This document shows, in pieces, positions 30,296 through 39,760 of a stretch of 64,000 nucleotides of DNA. The stretch is from an uncultured Pseudomonadota bacterium (lineage in GTDB: Bacteria; Oederibacteriota; Muellerivitia; Muellerivitales; Muellerivitaceae). The stretch is taken from positions 1,152,001 to 1,216,000 of the forward strand of contig CAWIIP010000002.1 of the NCBI GenBank assembly GCA_963836235.1. The letters run 5' to 3'. The notes below the pieces were generated by a model that was given only the letters and a program-made list of their open reading frames with translations, was not told the origin of the DNA and did not search any database. The position numbers and the translations under genes are program-made. Position 1 is the stretch's first letter; every line of letters starts with the position of its first letter.

Positions 30296-32089
30296 ATGAC
30301 GAAGAAAGATTGGGAGTGGTTCAACCAGCTTGTTTTACTTCCGTTGGCACTCCCCTTTATTTTTATAGGCCTCAATTTCCTCTGGCCCTTTTTCGGGGCC
30401 GAGAACCTGGACGGAGTCATCCCGGACCCGGACTTGGTCAACCGCCACTTCATGGGACCGGTTACATTGATTTTCGCCGTTCCTTACGTTCTCGTCTTCC
30501 TGTTCAGGAAGAGCGAGAACGTCCTCTTGCCAACCAAGTTGGCCGTCTGCCCCACTATGGCGATTGCTGTCCTAGACCCCCTATTTTCGACCTACAGTAA
30601 GCTTTACCTCGTTTCTGTCGCCCTCTTGAGCATCCTTGGCTTGTTCGGGCTTTTCTGGAAGACAGTCAAAAAGAAGAAAGAGGAATGGGGACCATATCCC
30701 TTAGTTCTTGATTCCAACTTAAAGAACATCCTCTCCACGTTCTCATTACATGAGAACGTCCAAATAGTCGGGGGAACCGGCACCGGCAAGACCCATTACG
30801 TCATCAAACCCTTCATCGAACAGACCATTCGACAGAACCTGGGTTGTTTCATCCTGGACGTCAAAAGCAACATGCTCCCGGACGTGGCCTATTACGCCTT
30901 CAGGGCTCATGGCCGCTTCATCCGCCATTTCACCTTGGCCGATATCTTCAATTCCCACAGCTACAATGGGCTTTACGGCAATAACCCGGACGCTATCGCC
31001 AACCGGGCTTTCGCGGCCCTCTATTACGACATCAGGGGCACCGAACCCTACTACCGGGACTTGGCCGAAACCTACCTCCACAACCTTATTGGGTTACTCA
31101 AAAAAGAGATTAAGACCCTTACCTTCCAGGACCTTCTCACCTGTACCCAGGAAGTGGATACCTTCAAGACGATTGCTTGGTTCTGCTCCAAATACCCCGA
31201 CACTCATTACGCTAGGTACTTCCAAGAGCAGTGGCTTGATAAATCCCCTAAGGATCGCCGCACGGAGCTTTCAGGCCTCTTGAACAAACTCCAAAGGTTC
31301 TGCAACAGCGAATGGTCCCATCTGCTCAATGTCCGCGAACCCGACATCAAGATGGAAGAAGTGGTGAAGCAGGGCCAGGTCTTCCTGTTTTCCCCGGACT
31401 CCGCCCGTTACCCACAAGACGCCAAGCCTCTCTGTATCCTGGCCATGATGGACTTGGCCGAGCAATTGGCCGACCGCTACAAGGTAGCGCCGGAAAAACC
31501 CTTCCGGGTTTTCCTGGACGAGTTCTACAACTTGGCTTACCCCAAGTTCATCGACTTCATCAACAAGTGCCGGGAAGCCCAGGTGAACCTCTTCTTGGCC
31601 CACCAGTCCTTGGGAGACTTGAGAGGCGTTTCCGAGGAATTCCTGGAACAGGTCATGAACACCGCTAGTAACAAGATCATCCTCCGAGTGAACGACCCGG
31701 ACACGGCGGAATCCTTCTCCCGGCAGTTTGGGACGGAACTCGACCAGGACGCCAGGGTGACTTCCTACAAGGCGGACCACACCCTGGCCGGGTATAGCGT
31801 CCCCATTACAGAAAAATTCAGGTTCCACCCCAACCGGATCAAGGAACTCAAGGTAGGTCAAGCCATCGTCAAGGCTATGGGGCAATCAGGGGTCCGTATC
31901 TTCCAAACCAACCTACGGCAGGCCGGCAAGCCGTGGGCTGGGTTCAATCCGAATACCGCCTTGGCCCATAGGGGCCGTCGCGAGGGAAACGAAACTTCGC
32001 TTACTGATTTTGTCCAAGAAGTAGCCCTGCCCGTTGGGCCGGGTACTAGGAGGACTATTGCATCCTTGGGGGAGGAATCGAATGACTAA
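30296..32089 (+). CDS. VirD4/TraD-like type IV coupling protein
   Basis: N-terminal TMs, Walker A GGTGTGKT, LDVK, Walker B FLDEF, AHQS..DL, NKIILRVND. Confidence 0.88.
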   Translation: MTKKDWEWFNQLVLLPLALPFIFIGLNFLWPFFGAENLDGVIPDPDLVNRHFMGPVTLIFAVPYVLVFLFRKSENVLLPTKLAVCPTMAIAVLDPLFSTYSKLYLVSVALLSILGLFGLFWKTVKKKKEEWGPYPLVLDSNLKNILSTFSLHENVQIVGGTGTGKTHYVIKPFIEQTIRQNLGCFILDVKSNMLPDVAYYAFRAHGRFIRHFTLADIFNSHSYNGLYGNNPDAIANRAFAALYYDIRGTEPYYRDLAETYLHNLIGLLKKEIKTLTFQDLLTCTQEVDTFKTIAWFCSKYPDTHYARYFQEQWLDKSPKDRRTELSGLLNKLQRFCNSEWSHLLNVREPDIKMEEVVKQGQVFLFSPDSARYPQDAKPLCILAMMDLAEQLADRYKVAPEKPFRVFLDEFYNLAYPKFIDFINKCREAQVNLFLAHQSLGDLRGVSEEFLEQVMNTASNKIILRVNDPDTAESFSRQFGTELDQDARVTSYKADHTLAGYSVPITEKFRFHPNRIKELKVGQAIVKAMGQSGVRIFQTNLRQAGKPWAGFNPNTALAHRGRREGNETSLTDFVQEVALPVGPGTRRTIASLGEESND

Positions 32090-32945
32090 AACCATCTCCT
32101 CCATTTCGGCCCTAGAACCCAAGGATGTTGAGACCTTGGTCTATATCCATTCCAACAAGTTCATCACGACCAAGCTCTTTCATCGGAAATTTCATCCCCA
32201 ACATTCCTATTGGACGGCTTGTCTGCACCTAAAACGCCTCATGGAGAAGGGCCTGCTTCTGAAGACTCGGAACCTTCCCAATGAGGACACTTTCTACTGC
32301 CTCACCCGTCCGGCGATGCGCCTTTTATCCGAGCTGGCCCGAATCCTTATTTCCCCGGAAGTGCGTTCCCCCCATATCAACCCCTTTGAGCGGGAGCATG
32401 ACAAACGGGTCCTCACCATGCGTATCCAGATTGAAGAGGCGGGCGGTTTGGAAGGGTTGACCTGGCTTTCAGACTACGAGATGCGGTGCGGGTTGAGGCT
32501 CGATTGGAAAAAGGCCCTGGCCGAGGGCCGGGGTTGGGCCCTCGCCGGGCAGAGACTCCACCGGGTTCACCACCGCACCCCGGACGGATACTTTGAGGGC
32601 TCCCTCGCGGGCAAAGGTTTTGCCTTTGCCTTGGAGTATGAGCATACGTCCTACAACCGGGAGAAGATGACCGCCATGGTCTTGAACCTGACCCGTGACT
32701 TCCCAGGAGCCTTCCGGCTAGTGGTCAGCCGGGACAAGGCCCATGCGTTGAGGATGATTGAGGGCCTGGAAACCTTCCTCAAGGGTGATCCCCGGAACCG
32801 GGACCTCTGGGGCTTTTCCTTCTTTGAGAAAGTAGTCCGGCTTCCCTTCATCCGGGTGCCCTGGATCAACATGATGGGCGAATACCTACCTTTCGTGAAA
32901 GACCCGATCCTGAAGGCGACCTCAACGGCGGAGGTAACGGCATGA
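32082..32945 (+). CDS. Replication-relaxation (Replic_Relax) family relaxase-like protein
   Basis: N-terminal wHTH, EHD motif, PDG...ALEYE PD-(D/E)xK-like core; directly follows the coupling protein. Confidence 0.7.
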   Translation: MTKTISSISALEPKDVETLVYIHSNKFITTKLFHRKFHPQHSYWTACLHLKRLMEKGLLLKTRNLPNEDTFYCLTRPAMRLLSELARILISPEVRSPHINPFEREHDKRVLTMRIQIEEAGGLEGLTWLSDYEMRCGLRLDWKKALAEGRGWALAGQRLHRVHHRTPDGYFEGSLAGKGFAFALEYEHTSYNREKMTAMVLNLTRDFPGAFRLVVSRDKAHALRMIEGLETFLKGDPRNRDLWGFSFFEKVVRLPFIRVPWINMMGEYLPFVKDPILKATSTAEVTA

Positions 32946-33357
32946 ACCTGAACCCAGGAAACTACCAACAGAGGTTGAAACAGAGTCAAACCCAAATCCA
33001 CATAAACGCCCGCGAAAAGGGGGGATTCGGCTCTCTTGCGACGCCAGCCCCCACTCCCCCTGCATCAAGTACAGAGTGCAGGAATACGGGAGTGGGGGCT
33101 GGCCTCTCATCCATCCGAATCCCTATAAGCGCGGGCGTGAAGAATGAAGATAAGAATCAACAGATACAGATAAAGAATACGGATACAGCGAAAGTCAAAA
33201 GCAAAGTCAACGGCAACGGCAAAACAAACACCGTGGAAAACCCCCCGGACCTATTGGCAATGAAACAGGTTTTGGGAGCGGGGTTTTCCACACCTTTCCC
33301 CGAAGGTGCCCCTTTGGGGGATCTTTATTTATTAACTTTGAAAAACGGAGGTAAAGC

Positions 33358-33615
33358 ATGACGGAACGCAGAAGAACAGGCGAACGGCGGAATCATTTAA
33401 TGACCGATCAAGAAATGGCCGAGCTGGTTTCTGTTTCCGTTAATACGGTCCGCTATTGGCGGCAAACCGGCATCCTTCCCTTCGTCCGGGTGGGCAAATA
33501 CCCCAGGATTTGGTACTCGGAATTTGAGAGGCTTTTCAAAAAACCCCTGTCCCATTGGGTATTGACGGCTGATACAATATCCAGTGCTGAGGGCAACATT
33601 AGGAGGCAGTTATGA
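33358..33615 (+). CDS. Excisionase-like HTH protein
   Basis: LMTDQEMAELVSVSVNTVRYWRQTGILPFVRVG; overlaps the integrase start. Confidence 0.8.
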   Translation: MTERRRTGERRNHLMTDQEMAELVSVSVNTVRYWRQTGILPFVRVGKYPRIWYSEFERLFKKPLSHWVLTADTISSAEGNIRRQL

Positions 33616-34715
33616 GCAAGCCTAATGTTCATGGGTTACCCCAACATCTCCGCAAGGACGGTAAGGGGTATTTCCTGGATTATTTCACTACGGAAGGAGG
33701 ATTGAGGAAGCGCAAAAGGGTCAGGTTGGGACAGATTCCGGCGTCCCAGGCCAAGCGAATTTTGGCCGAGCATACCAAGGAAATCGTGGCGGGGGAGTTC
33801 CTGCCCAGCGATAAGCCCAAGGTATCTTTCGATGAGGCGGCGGATGCGTTCCTGGCCTTTTCGGAATCCCGGAAGAAGAGTTACCGGCGGGATTTTTTCT
33901 CCGTAAAAGCCTTGAAGGCTTTTTTCGGCGGAAGGCCGCTGGACAGCCTGACCCCGAGTTTGGTCGAGGACTTCTTGAAGGAGCGCCGGAAGAAAGCCGA
34001 GGAAAAAGGGAAGACCCTGAAAGGGTCCTCCCTGAACCGGGAGATCGCCTGCCTGAAGACCATCGCCCGAAGGGCGGTGCTGGACAGGAAGATCGAACGG
34101 AATCCGGTCGAGGGTGTCAGGATGTTCCGGGAAACTTCCCGGAACCGGACACTCTCCCCGGAGGAATACCGGAGGCTTTTGGAAAACTGCTCCCCCCATT
34201 ACCGTCCCGTCGTGCAGTTGGCTTATGTCACCGGCATGAGGCGGGGTGAGATTACGGGGTTGAGATGGGACCAGGTGGACTTGAAGGAAGGCGTCATCAC
34301 CTTGAAGTCCGAGGATACCAAGACCCAGGAAGCACGGGAAATTCCGTTGGATGAGGGTTTAATGGACCTTTTCAAGCGGACACCCAAAGTCTTGGGCAGT
34401 CCCCATGTTTTCAACTTCCGGGGCCACGGCTTGAAAGACCCAAAAACGGCTTTCCTGAGGGCGTGCCAGCGTGCTAATATCACGGACTTTCATTTCCATG
34501 ATTTACGGCACTGCGCGGTCACAAACTTTCGCAAAGCCGGGGTGAGTGATTCCACGATCATGTCGATCTCAGGACACAAAACGTATGCGGTGTTTAGAAG
34601 GTATGACCGCATCGACCGGGGCGACCGAAAGGAAGCCTTGAGGCGTGTCCGGGCATTGAATGACACGGCAATGACACCGGCGGGTTTTTCGGACGCCCAA
34701 GGGTTTGGCAGTTGA
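33612..34715 (+). CDS. Tyrosine recombinase/integrase
   Basis: TGMRRGE (R), TKT (K), FHDLRH (H..R), SGH, RY (Y); adjacent to attR. Confidence 0.95.
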   Translation: MSKPNVHGLPQHLRKDGKGYFLDYFTTEGGLRKRKRVRLGQIPASQAKRILAEHTKEIVAGEFLPSDKPKVSFDEAADAFLAFSESRKKSYRRDFFSVKALKAFFGGRPLDSLTPSLVEDFLKERRKKAEEKGKTLKGSSLNREIACLKTIARRAVLDRKIERNPVEGVRMFRETSRNRTLSPEEYRRLLENCSPHYRPVVQLAYVTGMRRGEITGLRWDQVDLKEGVITLKSEDTKTQEAREIPLDEGLMDLFKRTPKVLGSPHVFNFRGHGLKDPKTAFLRACQRANITDFHFHDLRHCAVTNFRKAGVSDSTIMSISGHKTYAVFRRYDRIDRGDRKEALRRVRALNDTAMTPAGFSDAQGFGS

Positions 34716-34751
34716 GCTGAAAATGTTGTGCCGTAAGTGTTTCACGGAGAT

Positions 34752-34838
34752 GGAGGGTTAGTCCTAATTGGTAAGGCAGTGGACTTGAAATCCACCGGGG
34801 GAAACCCCTTGCAGGTTCGAGTCCTGCACCCTCCGCCA
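34752..34838 (+). tRNA. tRNA-Ser (anticodon TGA)
   Basis: Acceptor stem GGAGGGT/ACCCTCC, anticodon arm GTGGA-CTTGAAA-TCCAC, long variable arm, GTTCGAG T-loop, encoded CCA. Confidence 0.95.
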
Positions 34839-34967
34839 ATTTTTTAAAAAGGACGAGAACCGGGGTGATAGGGGCGTAGCCCCTATGTTGTTGAGGTGGG
34901 GTACACAGGGGGGAGTTCCCCTGTGAGCGCGTAAGCGCGGTTCGATGTTCTGCACCCTCCGCCAATT
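34839..34967 (+). repeat. Hairpin-rich mini-element ending in a copy of the tRNA-Ser(TGA) 3' end
   Basis: GGTTCGATGTTCTGCACCCTCCGCCAATT at 34939-34967 matches the tRNA 3' end; internal motif shared with 35247-35290. Confidence 0.75.
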
Positions 34968-35075
34968 ATTGAAATAAATAAAATTTTAAGTTCTAAATGT
35001 TTTCGTTCGATAGAACGAAGCGTGAGAGCGGCGCTCAACTCAAAATTTAGAATTTTCAAATCACGACGAATACGT

Positions 35076-35313
<238 letters not shown>

Positions 35314-35473
35314 GTATTTAGTGGTGATTGCGAAATAAACCTCTACCACTTGTGACTATTCCACAAATTACCTTTACCCCCTTTTAGGGCTATTTCCCCT
35401 CTTTTCCTTTCAAGACCGGCAAGGCTCAGGTAAAATAAGCAAAGAGAAAGTAACCTAAACCCTGGAGACACCT

Positions 35474-36016
35474 TTGAACACCTACATTCGAAACACCATG
35501 TTCTTGATTCTCTTGACCGTGGCTGTCATTTCTCTTCCGGCCTGCGGAAGCAAAAACGACATCAAAAGCGAAAAGGCTCCGGAATCAGTTTTAAATCCTG
35601 AACAAGCTCCTGTGACAGCTTCGGCTTCAAGCGAAAGTTCCGCGAGTTCCCATGTGAAAAAAGCTCACCATACAAAGATGGCCCAGTCCACCACCACTAC
35701 GGCGGCCCCTGTCAGCGCAACTGCTCCCACTCCGGCTCCCGCCCAACCAGCCCCTCAAGTTTCCATGGATACAACGACTCCGATTCAAAAGAGCGGACAT
35801 TTCCATTGGTTCTTGTGGCTGTTGGTCCTTCTGGTTCTTGGGGCTATTGGCTGGTACTTCTGGTCTAAAAACCAAGAAGAAACCCATACTCCACCGACAC
35901 AACCCATGGCACCCACGGGCGGCCTTTCGCCGGTCAGCGGTTTTACGGCGATGAAAGATGGAATCGAAGACGAGATTGAGGCCAAGCCCTCCTTCTGGTC
36001 GAAAAAAATATTCTGA
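35474..36016 (+). CDS. Hypothetical lipoprotein with Pro/Ala/Thr linker and TM segment
   Basis: Lipobox-like LPAC; hydrophobic WFLWLLVLLVLGAIGWYFW. Confidence 0.65.
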   Translation: MNTYIRNTMFLILLTVAVISLPACGSKNDIKSEKAPESVLNPEQAPVTASASSESSASSHVKKAHHTKMAQSTTTTAAPVSATAPTPAPAQPAPQVSMDTTTPIQKSGHFHWFLWLLVLLVLGAIGWYFWSKNQEETHTPPTQPMAPTGGLSPVSGFTAMKDGIEDEIEAKPSFWSKKIF

Positions 36017-36039
36017 CCTGCCTGGCGTCCTAATCTTTT

Positions 36040-36675
36040 ATGCCTTCCTTCGCTGATCCAGATAGATATGTCGAAGTCCTTCAACCCGACCGCTGCCCTC
36101 TTTGCTTTATCGTGCGCTCCTACGTTTACGAACATCTGAAATCCCTTTTGGATGAATGCGTCACCGATCCTTCCACCCGCGACCGGCTTTTTGAATCGAA
36201 AGGCTTCTGCCGCCGCCATGCCTGGCAGGGCGTCCAACAGCGGCAAGCCCTGGGGATGGGCGTCATCTATGGCAGCCTTTTGGAAAAAGGCTTAAAAGAA
36301 CTTTCCGCTCAGCCGCGTTTTTGGGAATCAAAAAAATCCAAGCCCTGTCCCATCTGCGAGTCCGAAACCAACCGGGAAAAATCCTGCGTCCAGGAATTCG
36401 CCCTTTGCTGGTCGGATTCGGAAAAATTGAGGGCCGCCTTTCAGGAACGCGGTATTCTCTGCCTTCCCCATTTAGAAAAGACCCTTACCCAAAAAATGGA
36501 TTCCACCCAAAGGAAAAACCTCCACGAAATAGGCAAAAAAGCCCTGGAAAGCCTGTCGCAAGATTTAAATGAATTCTTGAATAAACAAGACTATCATCGT
36601 TCCCAAGAGTCCTTGGGGCCGGAATGGGACGCTTGGGTTCGCGCGGTGCGAATGATCAGCGGGGAACGGGATTAA
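36040..36675 (+). CDS. DUF6062-like Cys/His-rich protein
   Basis: CPLC, GFCRRH, CPIC, LCLPH, KQDY. Confidence 0.65.
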   Translation: MPSFADPDRYVEVLQPDRCPLCFIVRSYVYEHLKSLLDECVTDPSTRDRLFESKGFCRRHAWQGVQQRQALGMGVIYGSLLEKGLKELSAQPRFWESKKSKPCPICESETNREKSCVQEFALCWSDSEKLRAAFQERGILCLPHLEKTLTQKMDSTQRKNLHEIGKKALESLSQDLNEFLNKQDYHRSQESLGPEWDAWVRAVRMISGERD

Positions 36676-36678
36676 CAG

Positions 36679-37113
36679 ATGGCAGATCCAATGTATAAAG
36701 ACAACCGGGAGTGGGGAACCACCGATTATTACTTCATTGACCTGATTGTCACTTTGGCTTCTTCGGCCAAGATTGATTTGGGCGAATTGGTGCATCCCTA
36801 TTACAAAGACAAGGATCTCAACCTTCCCCGGGCCCGCATGACGATCAACATGATCGGCTCCCTCATCAAAAAGACCGCGGGAAACCTGAACATCGAGGAA
36901 AAAAAGGTCTTGCGCGAAGTCTTGGACGACCTTCAAAAGACTTACGTGGATAAAACCAAGGAAAAGTTAAGAACGGCTCCCGCCGGACCCGCCATGCCTC
37001 CCCGTCCCTTAATTCCCACTCCTCCCCAACCCAAGAAGGACGTGAAAGAGTGGATTTCCCTGGTACAACAGGAAATCGCCAAGAAAAAACAGACCCCGCC
37101 ACCAAAAGCTTAG
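36679..37113 (+). CDS. DUF1844-like protein
   Basis: LASSA.IDLG..HP, AR.TI.MI..L..KTAGNL..EE...L..L. Confidence 0.7.
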   Translation: MADPMYKDNREWGTTDYYFIDLIVTLASSAKIDLGELVHPYYKDKDLNLPRARMTINMIGSLIKKTAGNLNIEEKKVLREVLDDLQKTYVDKTKEKLRTAPAGPAMPPRPLIPTPPQPKKDVKEWISLVQQEIAKKKQTPPPKA

Positions 37114-37190
37114 CCGCGAATTTTCGCGGCCAAGAAAAAGACCTACATCTTCTTAATTTTTTAACTGCGATCATTTGCGCCAATTCGCGG

Positions 37191-38318
37191 CTAAACGGTT
37201 TTAAGCTTTCGCCCTTTCCAATGGCCTCCGCCGAACCAAAACCACCTGATGGAATTCAATCCGATCAAGGCGAATAAGAAGCACCCTAAAGGATGAAAAA
37301 AAACCGAACCTTTATGGTAGTTGTACCTGACGGCCTGAAGCCATCGAACGCCTAAAGACATCAAGGCCATGGCCAACCCCGGCCAAAACAGGGGAAAGCT
37401 TGGCCCCATCGCGACCGCCAGGAACGGCAATACCCCATCCAAGATCAAAACAATGAAAGCGTTCGAAAAATAGAGGAGTGAAAAAGCCATCGCGGGGAAA
37501 AAGTTCTTGGAAAACCCCTCCCACACTTCCCGGGCATTGGTGTACATGCGGCAATAGGAAAAATCCGACCCATCGCCATAAACCAGCCGGTAGCCGCGCC
37601 GGACCACCTGCTTGCCGAAATTCAAATCCTCGACGATCTCGTTCTTGACCGCCTCATGGCCGCCAAAGGCCTTGTAAACCTTTTGCCGGACAAAAATAAA
37701 CTGGCCGCTGGCCCCCGCGAAACGGTTGAAGCGGCTGTTCTTGCTCAAGGACAAGCGGGCCGGGAGGAATGCAAGCAGGGTATAAGCCATGACCGGAACC
37801 ACCAGGATCTCCATCCAGGTTTGGGTGATCTGGCGGGTAAAAAGCGTGAGCACGTCGGCTTGCTTTTCTTCCGCCATCCGGACGGTACGCTTCAACATAT
37901 CGGGTAGATGCCAGGTATCGGCATCCGTGAAAAACAGCCACTCACCCTTGGCTTTGCGGGAAAGCTGGGCGCAGGCCCAGGGCTTCCCTAGCCATCCGGC
38001 GGGCAGTTCTTTGCCCCGCAAAATCTTTAGCCGCGCATTGCGCTTGGCATAAGCCTGCACTACATTGAACGTGCGGTCCGTGGAACGGTCATCGAGCACT
38101 AGGATTTCGTAGGAAGGATAATCCTGCTGGAGCATTCCTTGGATACAGGGCTCTATTCGGCTTTCCTCGTTGCGGGCGGGAATGAGAATGGAAACGAAGG
38201 GCCACTTTTTCCTGTCCGGATCGGACGGCGGCGGTTTGACGAAAAGACGGGTATTGTCCCAGGCGCAATAAAGCATATAAGCCGCGAGTAACCACCAATA
38301 GCAGGCGAGAAAGGCCAC
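37191..38318 (-). CDS. GT2 glycosyltransferase (carotenoid/hopanoid-associated type)
   Basis: SILIPARNEE, DDRSTD, GWLGKPWAC, FTDAD, GGHEAVKNEIVED, CRMY, GFSKN. Confidence 0.88.
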   Translation of the reverse strand: MAFLACYWWLLAAYMLYCAWDNTRLFVKPPPSDPDRKKWPFVSILIPARNEESRIEPCIQGMLQQDYPSYEILVLDDRSTDRTFNVVQAYAKRNARLKILRGKELPAGWLGKPWACAQLSRKAKGEWLFFTDADTWHLPDMLKRTVRMAEEKQADVLTLFTRQITQTWMEILVVPVMAYTLLAFLPARLSLSKNSRFNRFAGASGQFIFVRQKVYKAFGGHEAVKNEIVEDLNFGKQVVRRGYRLVYGDGSDFSYCRMYTNAREVWEGFSKNFFPAMAFSLLYFSNAFIVLILDGVLPFLAVAMGPSFPLFWPGLAMALMSLGVRWLQAVRYNYHKGSVFFHPLGCFLFALIGLNSIRWFWFGGGHWKGRKLKTV

Positions 38319-39467
38319 ATGAACCTCTTAACCGGAGTGAACCAGGATTTCCACCGCCCCCAAAAGGCGCCGGGGGCTTACGAATGGTGGCACTTCGACG
38401 CTACGGACGAAAAGTCCGGCTATTCCTTCTCCATCCAATTCTTCGCCGGAAACCTTTTTTCCGCCTATTATCAAGATAGCCTGAAAACCTACTGGGAAAA
38501 AACAAAATCGCCCCTTGTTGGGTCCACCCCGGCTCCAGCTTCAGATGCCCCTAATCCTCTCGATTATTGCGGAGTCACCTTTCGTATTTTCCATAAAGGG
38601 GGCTTGGTCGGCGAGAGCCTCCAGGAATTCGAGGGAACTTTCTTAAAGGCTTCGGATAAACAAGGCGCGGTTTTATTGGGGCCCAACCGTTTCAACTGGG
38701 ACGAAAGGGGCGATCCGCCTTCCTATACGGTAACGGTTCAGGCGCCGGTCAAGGGCGGTAAAAAACTCTTAAGGGCCAGGCTTTTTTTCACGCCGCTTTT
38801 GAAGGAATTTCCCTCTCTTCCCCCGAACGAAATCCATTCCACCCACACCTGGGTTCTAGCCGCGCCGCTTTGCCACGTGGAAGGAACCCTGCAGTGGGTG
38901 GATTCACAAGGAGAGTCCGAAAAAGAACAGCCTTTCGTGGGCAAGGGATATCACGACCACCATTTTGGTTCCGTTCCCCTGGACCGCTTCGTCAAGGCCT
39001 GGCATTGGGGCCGGGCTTTTCTAGGTGACGAAACACTGGTTTATTCGTTACAGATTCCAACCGAAGCGGGAGAACCACCCGAAGGATTTCTCCTTACCGC
39101 CGGCCCCTCCGGCGTCCAGTCTTGGCAAGTGGCTTTTGAGCTTTCAAAGAACCGGAGGAATTTTTTCTGGCTTCCCTATCAAAAAAATCTGGGATTCACG
39201 GATGTCCAGTCTTTAAGCGTCAACCACCGCCAAATCCTCAGTGATGGTCCGGTTTCATTGATTTTCGAGGACCAGGTTCAATGGACCGCCGACGGGAAAG
39301 CCCTCAAGGGAACAGGCATGTCGAACTATCTATACACTCCCCGTCTTTCCAACCGCTTCTTTTTCCCCATGTTGAAGGGCAAAACGATCATCGTGACGAA
39401 GGCCGTGGAAAACTCGGAGCCTCCCCCGCCTTCCGGCGACGTGACCATCAACCGTCCAACGGTATAA
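38319..39467 (+). CDS. CrtC-like carotenoid 1,2-hydratase / lipocalin-like protein
   Basis: PGAYEWWHFDA, GKGYHDHHFG, WHWGR. Confidence 0.7.
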   Translation: MNLLTGVNQDFHRPQKAPGAYEWWHFDATDEKSGYSFSIQFFAGNLFSAYYQDSLKTYWEKTKSPLVGSTPAPASDAPNPLDYCGVTFRIFHKGGLVGESLQEFEGTFLKASDKQGAVLLGPNRFNWDERGDPPSYTVTVQAPVKGGKKLLRARLFFTPLLKEFPSLPPNEIHSTHTWVLAAPLCHVEGTLQWVDSQGESEKEQPFVGKGYHDHHFGSVPLDRFVKAWHWGRAFLGDETLVYSLQIPTEAGEPPEGFLLTAGPSGVQSWQVAFELSKNRRNFFWLPYQKNLGFTDVQSLSVNHRQILSDGPVSLIFEDQVQWTADGKALKGTGMSNYLYTPRLSNRFFFPMLKGKTIIVTKAVENSEPPPPSGDVTINRPTV

Positions 39468-39479
39468 CTCAATAATGAT

Positions 39480-39760
39480 CTAAAGATTGCGAAGAATTCT
39501 TTCCAGTTCTTTTCGGTCCAAGACACGCAAAACAACCACTCCCTTTTCAGTGGGTTCGAAGAGGGACCGGTAATTCCCGGTTCTTAAGCGGTAAAGATTC
39601 TTATAACCTTCCAGTTTTTTTAACTTGGGTGGGCCGGGCCAAGGGCGGGTTTGCGGGATTTTCAGGTCGTCCAAAATTTCCCCGGCGGCGGCTTTTTCAA
39701 GGGCTTTCAAATCCCTCAAAGCACGGGGTGAAAGCTCAACCAGGAGGGGCAAATCAGAGT
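39480..39760 (-). CDS. RelE/ParE-family toxin
   Basis: VELSPRALRDLKAL...KKLEG...YRLRTGNYR...V.RVLDRKE; start approximate. Confidence 0.8.

Larger units (their letters stand above)
10414..34791. mobile_element. Integrative mobilizable element / defence island at tRNA-Ser(TGA), ~24.4 kb
   Basis: 41-bp direct repeats; integrase and excisionase next to attR; relaxase and coupling protein but no VirB4/MPF genes; AT-rich cargo. Confidence 0.92.

Noticed and set aside
32942-33361. 139-aa ORF as a confident CDS
   Set aside because: No motif and dominated by inverted repeats and low-complexity DNA. Left unannotated, although overlaps with both neighbours leave it possible.
33612-34715. Island integrase as the array recombinase (IntI equivalent)
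   Set aside because: It has its own att core, arm sites and Xis at tRNA-Ser, and I see no IntI-specific insertion. Action in trans is not excluded but is unsupported.
10414-34791. Prophage or self-transmissible ICE
   Set aside because: No capsid, terminase or tail genes, and no VirB4/mating-pore genes.
34752-34838. tRNA-Sec or opal suppressor
   Set aside because: The anticodon is TGA, which reads UCA (Ser), not TCA; the acceptor stem is a normal 7 bp.
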